From contig NC_068998.1 of NCBI RefSeq assembly GCF_001194135.2, positions 10,276,203 to 10,336,026 on the forward strand: a stretch of 59,824 nt of DNA, written 5' to 3'. The position numbers and the translations under genes are program-made. Below the pieces are notes generated by a model, which made no database searches, was not told the origin of the DNA, and saw only the letters and a list, made by a program, of their open reading frames with translations. Positions 1 through 11,715 of the stretch are shown here, piece after piece (positions within the stretch are counted from its first letter, which is position 1; each line of letters begins with the position of its first letter). Source of the stretch: Octopus bimaculoides (taxonomy: Eukaryota).

Positions 1-309
1 CTGTATGTTGGCTGCTCAAGAGTGGGCAGCAAAAAAAACCTATTTGTATATGCTCCACAAGGGAAAACAAGGAACATTGTTTACAACGAGGTGTTATAAT
101 CACAACAGCAAGAAAGTATGTACATGATCACCTTCTTTTACGAAACTTCATTGACTTTCATATATTTATATTGATATACATATATATACGTGTGTTTGGG
201 TGCGTGTGTGTATATACATCTGTATATATAAAGATGATGTGTAGTCTAGACGGCGTTTTTAGATTTCATTATTCTCTTTAACCCGGGCAACGCCGGGTAT
301 TTCTGCTAG
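1..309 (+). mobile_element. Helitron 3' end: RepHel helicase C-terminus, subterminal hairpin and terminal CTAG
   Basis: 1-99 reads LYVGCSRVGSKKNLFVYAPQGKTRNIVYNEVL-stop (PIF1 motif VI-like LYVxxSRV). Hairpin acccgg-gcaacg-ccgggt at 281-298, CTAG at 306-309 followed by T. Confidence 0.85.
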
Positions 310-419
310 TATATATATATATATGTGTAAATACATGAATTCAAAAGATCTATTGAAGCTATTTGGCATGGCATCTCCTAAACATGTCTGTTTCATTGGA
401 CAGATGCAGTGTTGTCAAA

Positions 420-560
420 AGAAAAATCTCTGTTGTAACAAAGAACATGTTTTTTTTAAATATAATTTTACTTACGTCTAATGAGTCCTCATTACCCCCA
501 AGAATTTCATTTTTACCCCACTTAGGGTAATTTACCCTGGTTTGCTTAACCCTGGACTAG
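420..560. mobile_element. Possible hAT-type MITE terminus
   Basis: Ends in ...gggtaatttaccctggtttgcttaaccctggactag, resembling hAT MITE ends. The partner TIR was not found. Confidence 0.3.
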
Positions 561-2202
561 CCCCTCTGTACTTCAGAATTTCAGCCCTTGTACCTATTGT
601 AGAAAGAATTATTATTGTATGTTTTGGTCAGAGACTGAAAAATAAGAATGATTAATATAGTTTTAAGCCTGTCATTGTAATGAATCCTGCTTTGTGTAAA
701 CTCCATGTTGAGTCAGTAGGAAGTTAGTAATAAAAGTCTATATAACTGTAGGCCTTACAACTTTGGCCATACGTGCATCGGCTGTTGTTACTTTGGTTAC
801 AGAGTAGGAAATAGCTTGAAGAAAATTCATGGTGGATTAGTTAGTTCTGGTGAAAATTAATTGCTGTCAGTTTGTATCTGTTCTTAAGTTTAAAGAAAGG
901 CAGATAGAGAGAATAGGTTTACTGGTTCGCTTTGTATGTTATTTTGATATTATTTCTGCCGGAAGCAGAATGGTTTCTATATAGATTGCTTTCTTCCTAC
1001 CGAGTCAATATATTATCATCATCATCATCATCACTACCACCAGCATTGTTGTCATTTCTGGTCATCATCATCATCATACAGATATATGATGGTGTACAAT
1101 CTTTACTACAAGTGTGTATTGAGCACTTGTTTTGGTTCATAGAAACACTAACCTAATCTCTCTCACTCTCTCTCTTTCTTGCATTCTTTTATCTTGTACT
1201 TTTTTCAGTCATTGGACTGTGACCATGCTGGGGTACTGCCTTAAAGGGTTTAGTCAAATAAATCAACCCCAATACTTATTTTTAAGCCTGGTACTTTTTC
1301 TAGGGGACTTAATTTGGGCTAGATATGGCTGGTTTAAATGCTAAAGATTTAATTTACATGACTAAGCACTGGCATGACTGTGTAGTTAAGAAGCTCGCTT
1401 TGTAACCATGTTAACGACTATAGTCCCAGGTAGATCACTGCCTTGTTAGTGAAGTTGGTCGATGGAAACTGTATGGAAGCCTGTTGTGTGTGTGTGTGTG
1501 TGTGTGTGTCCTCAGCCATTGCTTGACAACTGGTGTTGGTTTGTTTATGTCTCTGTAATTTAGCAGTTTAGCAAAAGAGGCCTATAGAGTATATACCAGA
1601 TTTAAAAAAAGAATCAAAAAACTAATGACAAAAACAAAACATCAGTACCATGGTCAAATAAACCTTTCAAAGTAGGTTCTGGTAGCATAATGTGTATATG
1701 CAAAACAGAGCCACTTGTCAAGATTTTCCCACTATCCTCGTCTCTTGCCTAATTGCAGTGTTCTGCTACTGCAATGAAATTAAAGCAGAACTATCCCACC
1801 ATTTTTTTTTTTCTGTAATACAATTATTTATCTTACCATCCAGAACCACTTCATTTTACATCCAACCCTCATTCTTAACATTGTTCCTCTCCATTCACAT
1901 TTTACATTGATCATTCCACCCTTCTTTGCTACACCCACTCATCATCGTTGTGATGAGTGGGTATAGCATAGAAGGTTGGCATGATCATCATCATCAATTA
2001 ACATCCATTTTCCATTGGATGGATTGACAAGATCTAGTGAGCCACAGCACTGTGCTGAACTCTGGTGCCAACTTTGGCATGGTTTCTGCGGCTGGATGTC
2101 CTCCTTTTCTAATGCCAACCTGTGACAAAACACTCTGTGACAAATGAATTTCTGTGTTTTATTGTCAGTCCTTGCTGTAAATGTTTTTTTCCCCTCTTCC
2201 AG

Positions 2203-2411
2203 GACTCTTGCTGATATGAACACCGATGGGAAGATGGACAAGAAGGAGTTTTCGATAGCCATGCATCTCATCAAGAAAAAACTACAGGGTTATGAGCTAC
2301 CCAAAACGCTCCCTGCTAGTCTAAAAGCTGACCCTTCTGTAATGGTTAACTCTTATGGAATGGCTCAGAATATCAACCAACAGATGACTATGCCAATGGC
2401 CATGACAAGCG
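2203..2411 (+). CDS. ITSN1: Intersectin exon, EH1 C-terminal half: (W)[40 protein letters not shown]...MPMAMTS(G)
   Basis: Acceptor ttccag at 2202, donor gtatgt at 2412, 209 nt, phase 2 to 1. Contains the EH EF-hand motif LADMNxDG and EFSIAM. Confidence 0.95.
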
Positions 2412-2730
2412 GTATGTATCACTTCCACTCAATGTTTTTCTTTCTAAATTTTTTTTTTTTTTATCAGCTAAAGAGAAATCACTCTAAAAATTAATTCTAA
2501 ACATGAAAAGGTTTTACAAAATTCAATTTTGGCTTCATAGCATCACACAGTTTTTATTTTGGCACACACACACACACACNNNNNNNNNNNNNNNNNNNNN
2601 NNNNNNNNNNNNNNNNNNNNNNNNNNNNNNNNNNNNNNNNNNNNNNNNNNNNNNNNNNNNNNNNNNNNNNNNNNNCACACACACGTGCACCTCATACACA
2701 CACACACCACAGACACATACACACACCACA

Positions 2731-2771
<41 letters not shown>

Positions 2772-2908
2772 TATCCAGATATTGTGTTGAAATTTGATAT
2801 AGGCCATTTATTCTTCTGGTCAACTAAAATCTTTAATATTGAGTCATTCTTACCATCTTATACACCTATATCTACATACATACATACATACATACATACA
2901 TACATACA

Positions 2909-2941
<33 letters not shown>

Positions 2942-3335
2942 TTATCATGCCAGCATGGACGGCAAACGTTAAATGCTGATGATTATATATATACATATAT
3001 AATGTGTATACACACACATACATGCACACACAGATGCATACATACATACATACATACATGTCTATACACTCATATATGATGGCTGCTTCCTTGCTCTTGA
3101 GTATAGTCATTGCCTAAAGCAATTCATGACCAGTCTCATGTCTCCAACAACACAAGCCACTTGTTGGTCACCATGCACTTTCATGTGATGTTTCAAGCCT
3201 GCTGCTGGTAGACAAACCTTACCACATACATGGCATGTTGTTATGCTGTTGTGTTATGGCGTAATCCAAGTGAGCGTAATCCACATTCGCATCTCGGCTC
3301 ACTCTGGTCACCCACATTTCCCATTGGCATACATA

Positions 3336-3552
3336 CAAGGGGGTGCTGAAAAGGTCCTGGCTATAAAGGTATCGCAAAAATCCTAGCTGGAGGCCCAACC
3401 TTCCAAGTTCTTTTACAGGGGCTAGGAAGACTGAAGGTCCACTGCAGCAAGTGTGTGAATCTGAGAGGGGAATATGTTGTACAGAATCAAAATTAGCTGA
3501 CCTTCCTGTATTTTCTTTTACTGAAAACCAGGATCTTTTCAGAACCCCCTCA
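3336..3552. mobile_element. mariner-derived MITE
   Basis: TIRs caagggggtgctgaaaaggtcctgg and ccaggatcttttcagaaccccctca, flanked by TA on both sides. Confidence 0.8.
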
Positions 3553-3583
<31 letters not shown>

Positions 3584-3961
3584 TTGTGACCAAGTAACAC
3601 AACTTCCTCAGCTCACTAAATCTGTGTAAACATTCTAAGAGTTCAAGAAATTCCTGTGTGGGAATTTTTATTTGAATGGGTAAAGTGTTCCATTGCACTG
3701 AACACAGTTTTAGGTGCAATCAGCCATAAAACCAGTGGCACAACAGAGGTTGAGACGAGCAGAAATCAGCTGCCCTTCAGGTTTTTATGCAAATTTAGTT
3801 TCTTCTAATGAGAACTAAGGGTACTTCACTCCAAGTGGTTCATCTGCTAACTAACCCATAGCTGGGAACCTAACGGGTTCTACTGCTCCAGGGCAGAGTA
3901 AACCTGGGAATAACAGTGGTGTGGAATCACCTCTGAGCCTCTACTTACATATACATACCGA

Positions 3962-4232
3962 TGCGAGGGCACAGGGCTTAGTGGTTAAGGTGTTGCATTC
4001 ATGATTCCTGGCCCAGCTGGAGTGTTATATTCTTGAGCAAAACACTTTATCTCGTGTTACTTTGCAATCACTTTAATACTTGTGTGGTACACTATGCACC
4101 TGTACAGGTGATGTCAATTTGATGGAGGGTGTGAGATATTATGCAGTACAAGTATTTGATCACTATAAGCAAATTATTTGTGAAGGTCGTTCAGCAAGAG
4201 ATTGCAGAATCATCTTTCTCAGACTAGAAGAG
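3962..4232 (+). mobile_element. tRNA-derived SINE, degraded
   Basis: A-box-like ggcttagtggttaagg head followed by ttcttgagcaaaacacttta, a block shared with the SINEs at 41103 and 55937. Confidence 0.55.
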
Positions 4233-4417
4233 ACTACCATCGTTATCATCACCACCACATACACACATACATACATATATACACATACAGGCACATACAT
4301 ACATACATACATACATACATATGTATACAGACACTCATGTGCATGCACACACATATACACCATATGGTTTGAGAGCAAATTTTTCCAACCACACAACCAT
4401 ACCTGCATCTAATTATA

Positions 4418-4800
4418 AACATGAAGAAGAACACTCAGAGAGCGCAAACCTCCGCCAAAGCAACACCAACATCCTTTCAACGATTAGCTGGAGATGATTT
4501 TTAAAATGAGAATATCTGAAATAAACTCAACTGCTCTCACAAACGAGAATACTATAAATGAACCTGACCACTCTCAAGAATTAAGTTAAAAAACAGGAAA
4601 AATAATCCAGAATCCTTGTCTGGTACTAGATCAATCCCAAAATCTAATAAGTTTGTGCCAGTCACAAGGCCAAACATCCCTGAAAGTTTGATCTGAATCC
4701 ATCCAGCAGTTCTTGAGATGTCTTGTCCACGGACAAACAAACAAACAAACAAACATGACTGAAAACAATACCTCTGCCTTCGTTAAGGCAGAGGTAATTA
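4418..4800 (+). mobile_element. Helentron-associated non-autonomous element (DINE-1/HINE-like)
   Basis: 5' acctccgcc motif at 4448-4456, internal (CAAA)n, 3' perfect 12-bp stem tacctctgcctt-cgtt-aaggcagaggta at 4769-4796. Confidence 0.65.
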
Positions 4801-5048
4801 TTGTGTTCAAATAAACACAACATGCATATTCACATACATACATACATACATACATACACAAACACACACACACACAAACACATTCTGTCTCTCACTGACA
4901 TGAAATCCAGGGACACAACCTTTCACTTTGAAATTTACTTGTTGCCAAAAAAAAAATTAAGACAACAACAAAAAAAAAAAAATGAAAGAAAGAAAGACGG
5001 AAAGGAAAGGTAGCGTGGTGTATTTATTTTATAACCATTTCTCTACAG

Positions 5049-5141
5049 GTATGGGTGTTCCACCCATGTCTTCCATGATGCTGACTCCACTGTCAATGAA
5101 CCCTGCTACAATGACCACCCAAGTTTTCGCTAACGGGGTTA
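5049..5141 (+). CDS. ITSN1: Intersectin exon, EH1-EH2 linker (G)MGVPPMSSMMLTPLSMNPATMTTQVFANGV..., 3' end hidden by N-gap
   Basis: Acceptor ctctacag at 5048, phase 1 matches the previous exon. Met/Pro-rich like the end of the previous exon. Runs into the gap at 5142. Confidence 0.8.
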
Positions 5142-5583
5142 NNNNNNNNNNNNNNNNNNNNNNNNNNNNNNNNNNNNNNNNNNNNNNNNNNNNNNNNNNN
5201 NNNNNNNNNNNNNNNNNNNNNNNNNNNNNNNNNNNNNNNNNNNNNNNNNNNNNNNNNNNNNNNNNNNNNNNNNNNNNNNNNNNNNNNNNNNNNNNNNNNN
5301 NNNNNNNNNNNNNNNNNNNNNNNNNNNNNNNNNNNNNNNNNNNNNNNNNNNNNNNNNNNNNNNNNNNNNNNNNNNNNNNNNNNNNNNNNNNNNNNNNNNN
5401 NNNNNNNNNNNNNNNNNNNNNNNNNNATTTAGGACCCAAAAAAGTAGGATTCGCTCCTCCTATTGAAGGAGTTTTAAGACGTTTTGGCATAGCTGATTTG
5501 GCGCCGTTTATTTGATGTTGCTGGTGCTGGTTTCATGTTGAGTTATTCAACATCATTACAGTTTAATGTTTCATTCTGTTTTA

Positions 5584-5646
<63 letters not shown>

Positions 5647-5699
5647 ATGTGTACGGGTGTTTATATCAGTTGTGTTCACATAATTGTACTCTTTCTCTG

Positions 5700-5754
5700 T
5701 CTCTTTCTCACTCCTGACTTATTTGACATATTTCAATGTTTCTCTTTCTCTCTT

Positions 5755-5832
<78 letters not shown>

Positions 5833-6530
5833 TCTCTCTCTCTATATATATATTTGACATCAGACATTTTAATGTTTCACTCTGTTCTCTTTTTCATCCT
5901 CCCTTCTTCTCTCTCTCTCTCGCTCTTTCTGTTTACCTGTGTATACATATTTCCCTTTATGTGTATGAGGTGAAGAAAAGTGTTTATGTCACTCATTTTC
6001 AACAAATAAATAATGTCTGTCTGTCTGTCTGTCTCTGATTTGATGCTGACTTGTTTGACATATTCTAACGTTTCCTCTCTTTCTTTCTCCACCTCTCTCT
6101 CTCTTTCTATCTGTCTGGCTCTCTCCCCCCACTTTTCCATTCTATAACACGATGCTGACTTATTTAACATCAGACATTTTCATGTTCCTCTTTCTCTCTC
6201 TCTCTCTCTCTCTCTCTTAATGTGTGTGAGTGTGAGGAGAGAGAAAGTGTTTATGTCTCTCGTCTTCAATAAATGTCTGTCTGTCTCTCTCTCTGTTTTG
6301 ATGCTGTCTTGTTTGATATATTTTAACGTTTCCCCTCTTGCTTTCTCCCCCTCTCCCCTTTTCTACTTTGATTCAGTGCTGACTTACTTGACATCAGACA
6401 TTTTATTGTTCCTCTCTCTCCCTCTCTCTATCTCTCTCTCTCTATCTCTCTCTCTATATCTCTCTCTCTATATCTCTCTCTCTCTCTCTCTCTCTCTGTT
6501 TATGTCTCTTATGTTCAATAAATAAATTGT
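5700..6530 (+). repeat. Three degenerate ~270-bp tandem units interspersed with (CT)n
   Basis: Motifs ctgacttatttgacata, gacatcagacatttt and gtgtttatgtc...caataaat each recur three times in the same order. Confidence 0.65.
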
Positions 6531-7180
6531 TTTGTCTCTCTCTCTATCTACATATATGTCTGCATGCATGTGCTTGTGTGTGTGTGTGTGTGTGTGTTTA
6601 CCTCTGGTACCAATATGGGTTGTCACCAAAACAAATTGAATATCCTTTCAGCTGCGTCAAATCATCTGTGCCCAAACAGCTGCACCCAGTCATCTCATTT
6701 CCTTATTGAAGTGCTTATTTTGCTATGCACCTCCTCCTGCACTCTGCTCCCTCTCTCTCTCTCTCTTTCTCTCTCTCTGTAGTTCTATGCCATTCGTAGT
6801 AGATTGGTGGCAGGGATTCATGTAGATATGGCTCTTCCTTCTTACCTGTGTGTGAACATCTTTCCAATAGAGGTAGCTGATTCATTTTGTTTCAAATTCC
6901 AATGTTGTTGCTTATCATCTCTCACTGCTAGCTGCCTCCTTACCAATGTGCTATTAATGGCATTACCATCCAAAAGACAACATTGGTCTTATTTCCGCCC
7001 AGGATTTGAACAGTTTTTACCATTTTTGCTGTGTGAAACATTTTATATTTAATAAGTGTGTATTTTTTCTCTTTTTGCCTCTGTTCTCTCCACCTCTGTT
7101 TTTCCCCCTATAAATGTGTGTGTGTTTATATATATATATACACTCACATATATACATAAGACACCACACGCACACACACA

Positions 7181-7338
7181 CGAGGTGCATTCCAAAAGTT
7201 TTGAGATGTTTTCAGGAGCAACATTTATTAACTTCAAAGAAGTACACAACGCTAATCTCCTTCCAAATAGGATCCAGCTTCAATGCACTTATAACTGCCT
7301 CTCCTAATAAACGTCTCAAAACCTCTGGAATGCACTGT
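7181..7338. mobile_element. mariner-derived MITE
   Basis: Inverted ends gaggtgcattccaaaagttttgaga and tctcaaaacctctggaatgcact, embedded in CA/GT repeat. Confidence 0.7.
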
Positions 7339-7371
7339 GTGTGTGTGTATATGAATATACGTACATATATA

Positions 7372-7840
7372 TAATTAATGAGAGATGGAAGATATGAGAA
7401 TCTATATTGATCACTATTGTTTCTACCCATCTATGATTCCTTGCAGGTTGGATACTGTATAACTGGTTTAGGTGTATTTCTCAGTGTAGATGTGTCTCCT
7501 CAGGTGATTTCCAGCGGTATCTCGTTAAAATAAACTTGTTTCACACAACTTATTTCTAGATGTTTTCTTCTTCGGCTTCTTATATTAGAAATGCCAAATT
7601 AAGGGGTTTGGCTTCATTCTTATAGAAGATCCATAACAAAGTTGAGCTACAGAAAGAAACAAATACACAATATAGCAAAACAAAAGATCTATCAGATACA
7701 CCTTAAGAGATACATCTATACTGAGAGATACACCTAAACCACTTGTACAGTATCTCACCTGTGAGGGATCAATGCTAGATGGGTCAAAACAATTGTAGTG
7801 ATGAATAAAGATTCTCGAATCTTCCATCTCTCATTAATTA
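7372..7840. repeat. Foldback element with ~135-140 bp inverted arms and ~190 bp spacer
   Basis: Left arm 7372-7506 (taattaatgagagatggaagat...ggtttaggtgtatttctcagtgtagatg) is the diverged reverse complement of 7699-7840. Confidence 0.85.
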
Positions 7841-7919
7841 CAAATTACAAACCCAATGAACACTAAGCCAGTGAACTTTCTTTGCTGGCAAACTACCAGG
7901 TGTATACCATATGGTTTAT

Positions 7920-7922
<3 letters not shown>

Positions 7923-7994
<72 letters not shown>
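7923..7994 (+). repeat. (AT)n microsatellite, one of many (AT)n, (CA)n, (CT)n and (ACAT)n tracts
   Basis: Perfect dinucleotide run. Similar tracts flank most N-gaps. Confidence 0.95.
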
Positions 7995-7999
<5 letters not shown>

Positions 8000-8897
8000 T
8001 AGATTTGTTTTGACTAAAGATTGGTCCAGGCCATGTCTAACTTATATATATATACAAAGAAAAGGTTATATATATATATATATATATTCACAAGGAAAAG
8101 GTTGATGGTTCCTTTGAAGTTTTGGCTTATAAGCCATCTTCAGACAGTCTGTTGATGGCTCGTACACCAAAACGTAAAAGACACTTTGTCCTTTCCCTTG
8201 TAAAAATTAATAAACATGTTCTCTACTAAAACGTATTGAGTGATCCTTCAGTTTCATGTTAAATTGTTTTTGTGACTTCACATAGAAGCAAGCATTGATA
8301 AATTATATATTTATACATATGTGAATATATTTAGATATATGCCAATATACGTATGTATGTATTATGTATGTGTGTATGTGCGCGTGTGTATGTGTGTCTG
8401 TATATATCTATATTTATGCCTGCCTGTCTGTCCGTCTCTCTCTGTCTATATAAATATATATTAATATACACACATGTATATATAGATATTTAGATATATG
8501 CCTATATTTAGACATTGTTGTGTGTGTATGTATGCATATATGTGTATGCACACACACACACATCCATTCCTGTGTAAGTGTGTTGCTGAGAGTTGAAACA
8601 AAACAACGGTTTTATATTTCTATTGAAGCAGTGTATGTTGTCCTTTTATTTTAGTGAAGGATATATAATATTTGATGAAGACTGAATCGTATATCCAGAG
8701 GTATTGTGTCAGTGTTACAATGTAGAAGTCATTGTCCTCGATCTGGATTTCCAATCATCATTTTTAAATCATTGTAAATCAAGCACAACCATTTGGTTCC
8801 AGGTTCAGTCCTATTGCATGGCATCTTGGGCAAGTATCTTCTAGTAAAACTATTGGCCAACCAAAGACTTGTGAGTGGATTTGGTAGACAGAAACTT

Positions 8898-8928
<31 letters not shown>

Positions 8929-10633
8929 GTCTCTTTGCCTTGATGTCACATGATAGTTGNNNNNNNNNNNNNNNNNNNNNNNNNNNNNNNNNNNNNNNNN
9001 NNNNNNNNNNNNNNNNNNNNNNNNNNNNNNNNNNNNNNNNNNNNNNNNNNNNNNNNNNNGTGTGTGTGTGTGTTACTGTCTCTTTGCCTTGATGTCACAT
9101 GATAGTTGTAAACAAGTGTTACTGACATACAAGCGGTTTATGTTGCCAGTCTTCCATGTTTAGCAATGGGGAAACATTATCTATCCTGGAAGCAGGTGAG
9201 GGTTGGTGACAGGAAGGGTATCCAATTGTAGTAAAAAATATTGTAACAAGATTCTGTCCAACCCATGTGAGCATGAAAAAGTGGATGTTAAACGGATGTT
9301 GATGATGATGCACCATTTTATTTCTACTGATATCACTGGAAGGGAAGTGGCTTTTTGTTGTTTTTTAGTCTGGCATCACATCATAATGGAAGTCTTATGT
9401 TTTGTTCTCCTTCAGTAAGAAGCTGAATCCACTTCTGAATGAGATCAATAATATGTTTCATTCCTTGTTTGTTAGAGAAGTAGTGTTTGTAAGCTAGTTA
9501 CTTTTCTTACAGTCTTATCTTGTTTATGTATGCAATAAAAACGAACAAAAAAGATTTCTTGAGAGCTATGATAAGATGCAAAATGGATAAGTTTAGCAAG
9601 TGATAGGCAGGTGTTCAGATTCAGGGAGATATACATTTTATTATTTTCTCATCTGGAACTTTTTTTTAAACGAGAAAACAGTGTTGGACATGATTACCAC
9701 CAATTAAAAATTGTAAGAATTTCATAATAAGCAAACAATGTGTATTTCCTTCATTTCAAATCCATATTTTTAATCCCACCAAATATTATGAAGAAATGAC
9801 TATCTTCCTTGTAATAGCTACAGTCACTAAGGAAACTGAGTATTTATCATCTAAATACTTATTTATTTGGTAGTTTGTGTTCATATTCCTCCTCTGCTTA
9901 ATTAATTGTAGATGACATATATTAATATCAGTATGCAAAAATTATACATTCATGTTTGCATGAATGTGTATGCTCAGCATTATACAATAAAATTGTATAT
10001 TCACAAATCACTACATATAAAAAAAGGTAACTTATCAGATCACCATATATATCTATATATATATATATATATATATATATNNNNNNNNNNNNNNNNNNNN
10101 NNNNNNNNNNNNNNNNNNNNNNNNNNNNNNNNNNNNNNNNNNNNNNNNNNNNNNNNNNNNNNNNNNNNNNNNNNNNNNNNNNNNNNNNNNNNNNNNNNNN
10201 NNNNNNNNNNNNNNNNNNNNNNNNNNNNNNNNNNNNNNNNNNNNNNNNNNNNNNNNNNNNNNNNNNNNNNNNNNNNNNNNNNNNNNNNNNNNNNNNNNNN
10301 NNNNNNNNNNNNNNNNNNNNNNNNNNNNNNNNNNNNNNNNNNNNNNNNNNNNNNNNNNNNNNNNNNNNNNNNNNNNNNNNNNNNNNNNNNNNNNNNNNNN
10401 NNNNNNNNNNNNNNNNNNNNNNNNNNCGCAGTATATCCAATCAGGTGTATAGTTGCTTATATCTGAAATCATTAAATCAACAAGTCTGCACCCTGTTGAT
10501 GCTTATGTAACGGTATTGATTGATTGATTGCCTTAGCTCTGCTTTAGACAAATTGCTGTTAGCTTTAGTTTAGTTTGTTTTTATTATTATTGTTATAACC
10601 ATTAACATTATTGTTGTTGTTCTTGTTGATACA

Positions 10634-10667
<34 letters not shown>

Positions 10668-10670
<3 letters not shown>

Positions 10671-11715
10671 CAGCGAGCTGGCAGAAATGTTAGCACACCG
10701 GGTGAAATGCTTAGCTGTATTTCATCTGTCTTTACATTCTGAGTTCAAATGCCACCAGGGTTGACTTGGCCTTTCATCCTTTCAGGGCCGATAAATTAAG
10801 TACCAGTTGTGTACTGGGTCGATCTAATCGACTGCCCCCCTCCCACCAAATTTCAGGCCTTGTGCCTATAGGGGAAAGGGTTATTATTATTATTATTATT
10901 ATTGATGAATAAGCAGAATCGCTAGCGGGTCAGGCAAAATGCTTAGCAGCCTTATTTTGGTGCTCTTTACATTCTGAGATCAAATTCTGTCGAGGCTGAC
11001 TTTGCCTTACATCCTTTGGGGGGAGCGGGGGATAAAATAATGTACCATTCAAGGACTGGGAATAATGTAATTGACTAACCCCCTCCTCCAAACTTTCAGG
11101 CCTTCTGCCTACAGTAGTTGGAATTATTATTATTATTATTATTATTCCGCCGAGGCCGACTTTACCTTTCATCATTTCAGGGTCGATAAATTAAGTACCA
11201 GTGAAACACTGGGGTCGATGTAATTGACTTATCCCCTCCCTGCAAAATGGCTGCCCTTGTGGCAAAATTCGAAACCATTATTATTATTATTATTATTATT
11301 CCCGGCTGGACAAAATGCTTAGAAGCATTTGATCTGACTCTTTATGTTCTGAGTTAAAATTTTACCCAGATCAACTTTGCCTTTCATTCTCCTGGGGTTG
11401 AAGAAAATTAGTGCCAGTTAAGCACTGGGGGTCACCATAATCAACTTGACCCCTTCCCTAAAAAAAATTGATGGCTGTGTGCCAAAAATTTGAAATCATA
11501 AAAGTAGCACACTGGCAGAATTATTAGCATGCCAGACAAAATGCTAAGTGCTGTTTCTTCTGACTCCGTATATTCTAAGTTTGGATACTACCATGGTCAA
11601 CTTCGCCTTTCATCCTTTTGGGGTTGATAAAATATGTACCAGTTATACACTCGGGTTGATGTAATTTGCTTCCCTTTCTTCTCAAAATCGCTAGCCTCAT
11701 GCCAAAATTAGAATT
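10668..11715 (+). mobile_element. Head-to-tail cluster of five copies of one SINE-like family, mostly separated by (TTA)n
   Basis: Each copy carries all or part of ggcagaat..ttagc / ctgagttcaaat / gcctttcatcctt..ggggtcgataa..taagtaccag. Starts at about 10668, 10911, 11147, 11302 and 11505. Confidence 0.8.

Noticed and set aside
796-860. Frame VGNSLKKIHGGLVSSG resembling the EH1 N-terminus, between an AG and a GT
   Set aside because: The required following exon (..SGLP..LxQIW) is absent from the gap-free 860-2202 interval, so the real upstream exons must lie before the window. The similarity is weak.
8900-9110. Direct duplication of ~50 bp on both sides of a 100-N gap
   Set aside because: Typical unmerged contig overlap, so an assembly artefact.
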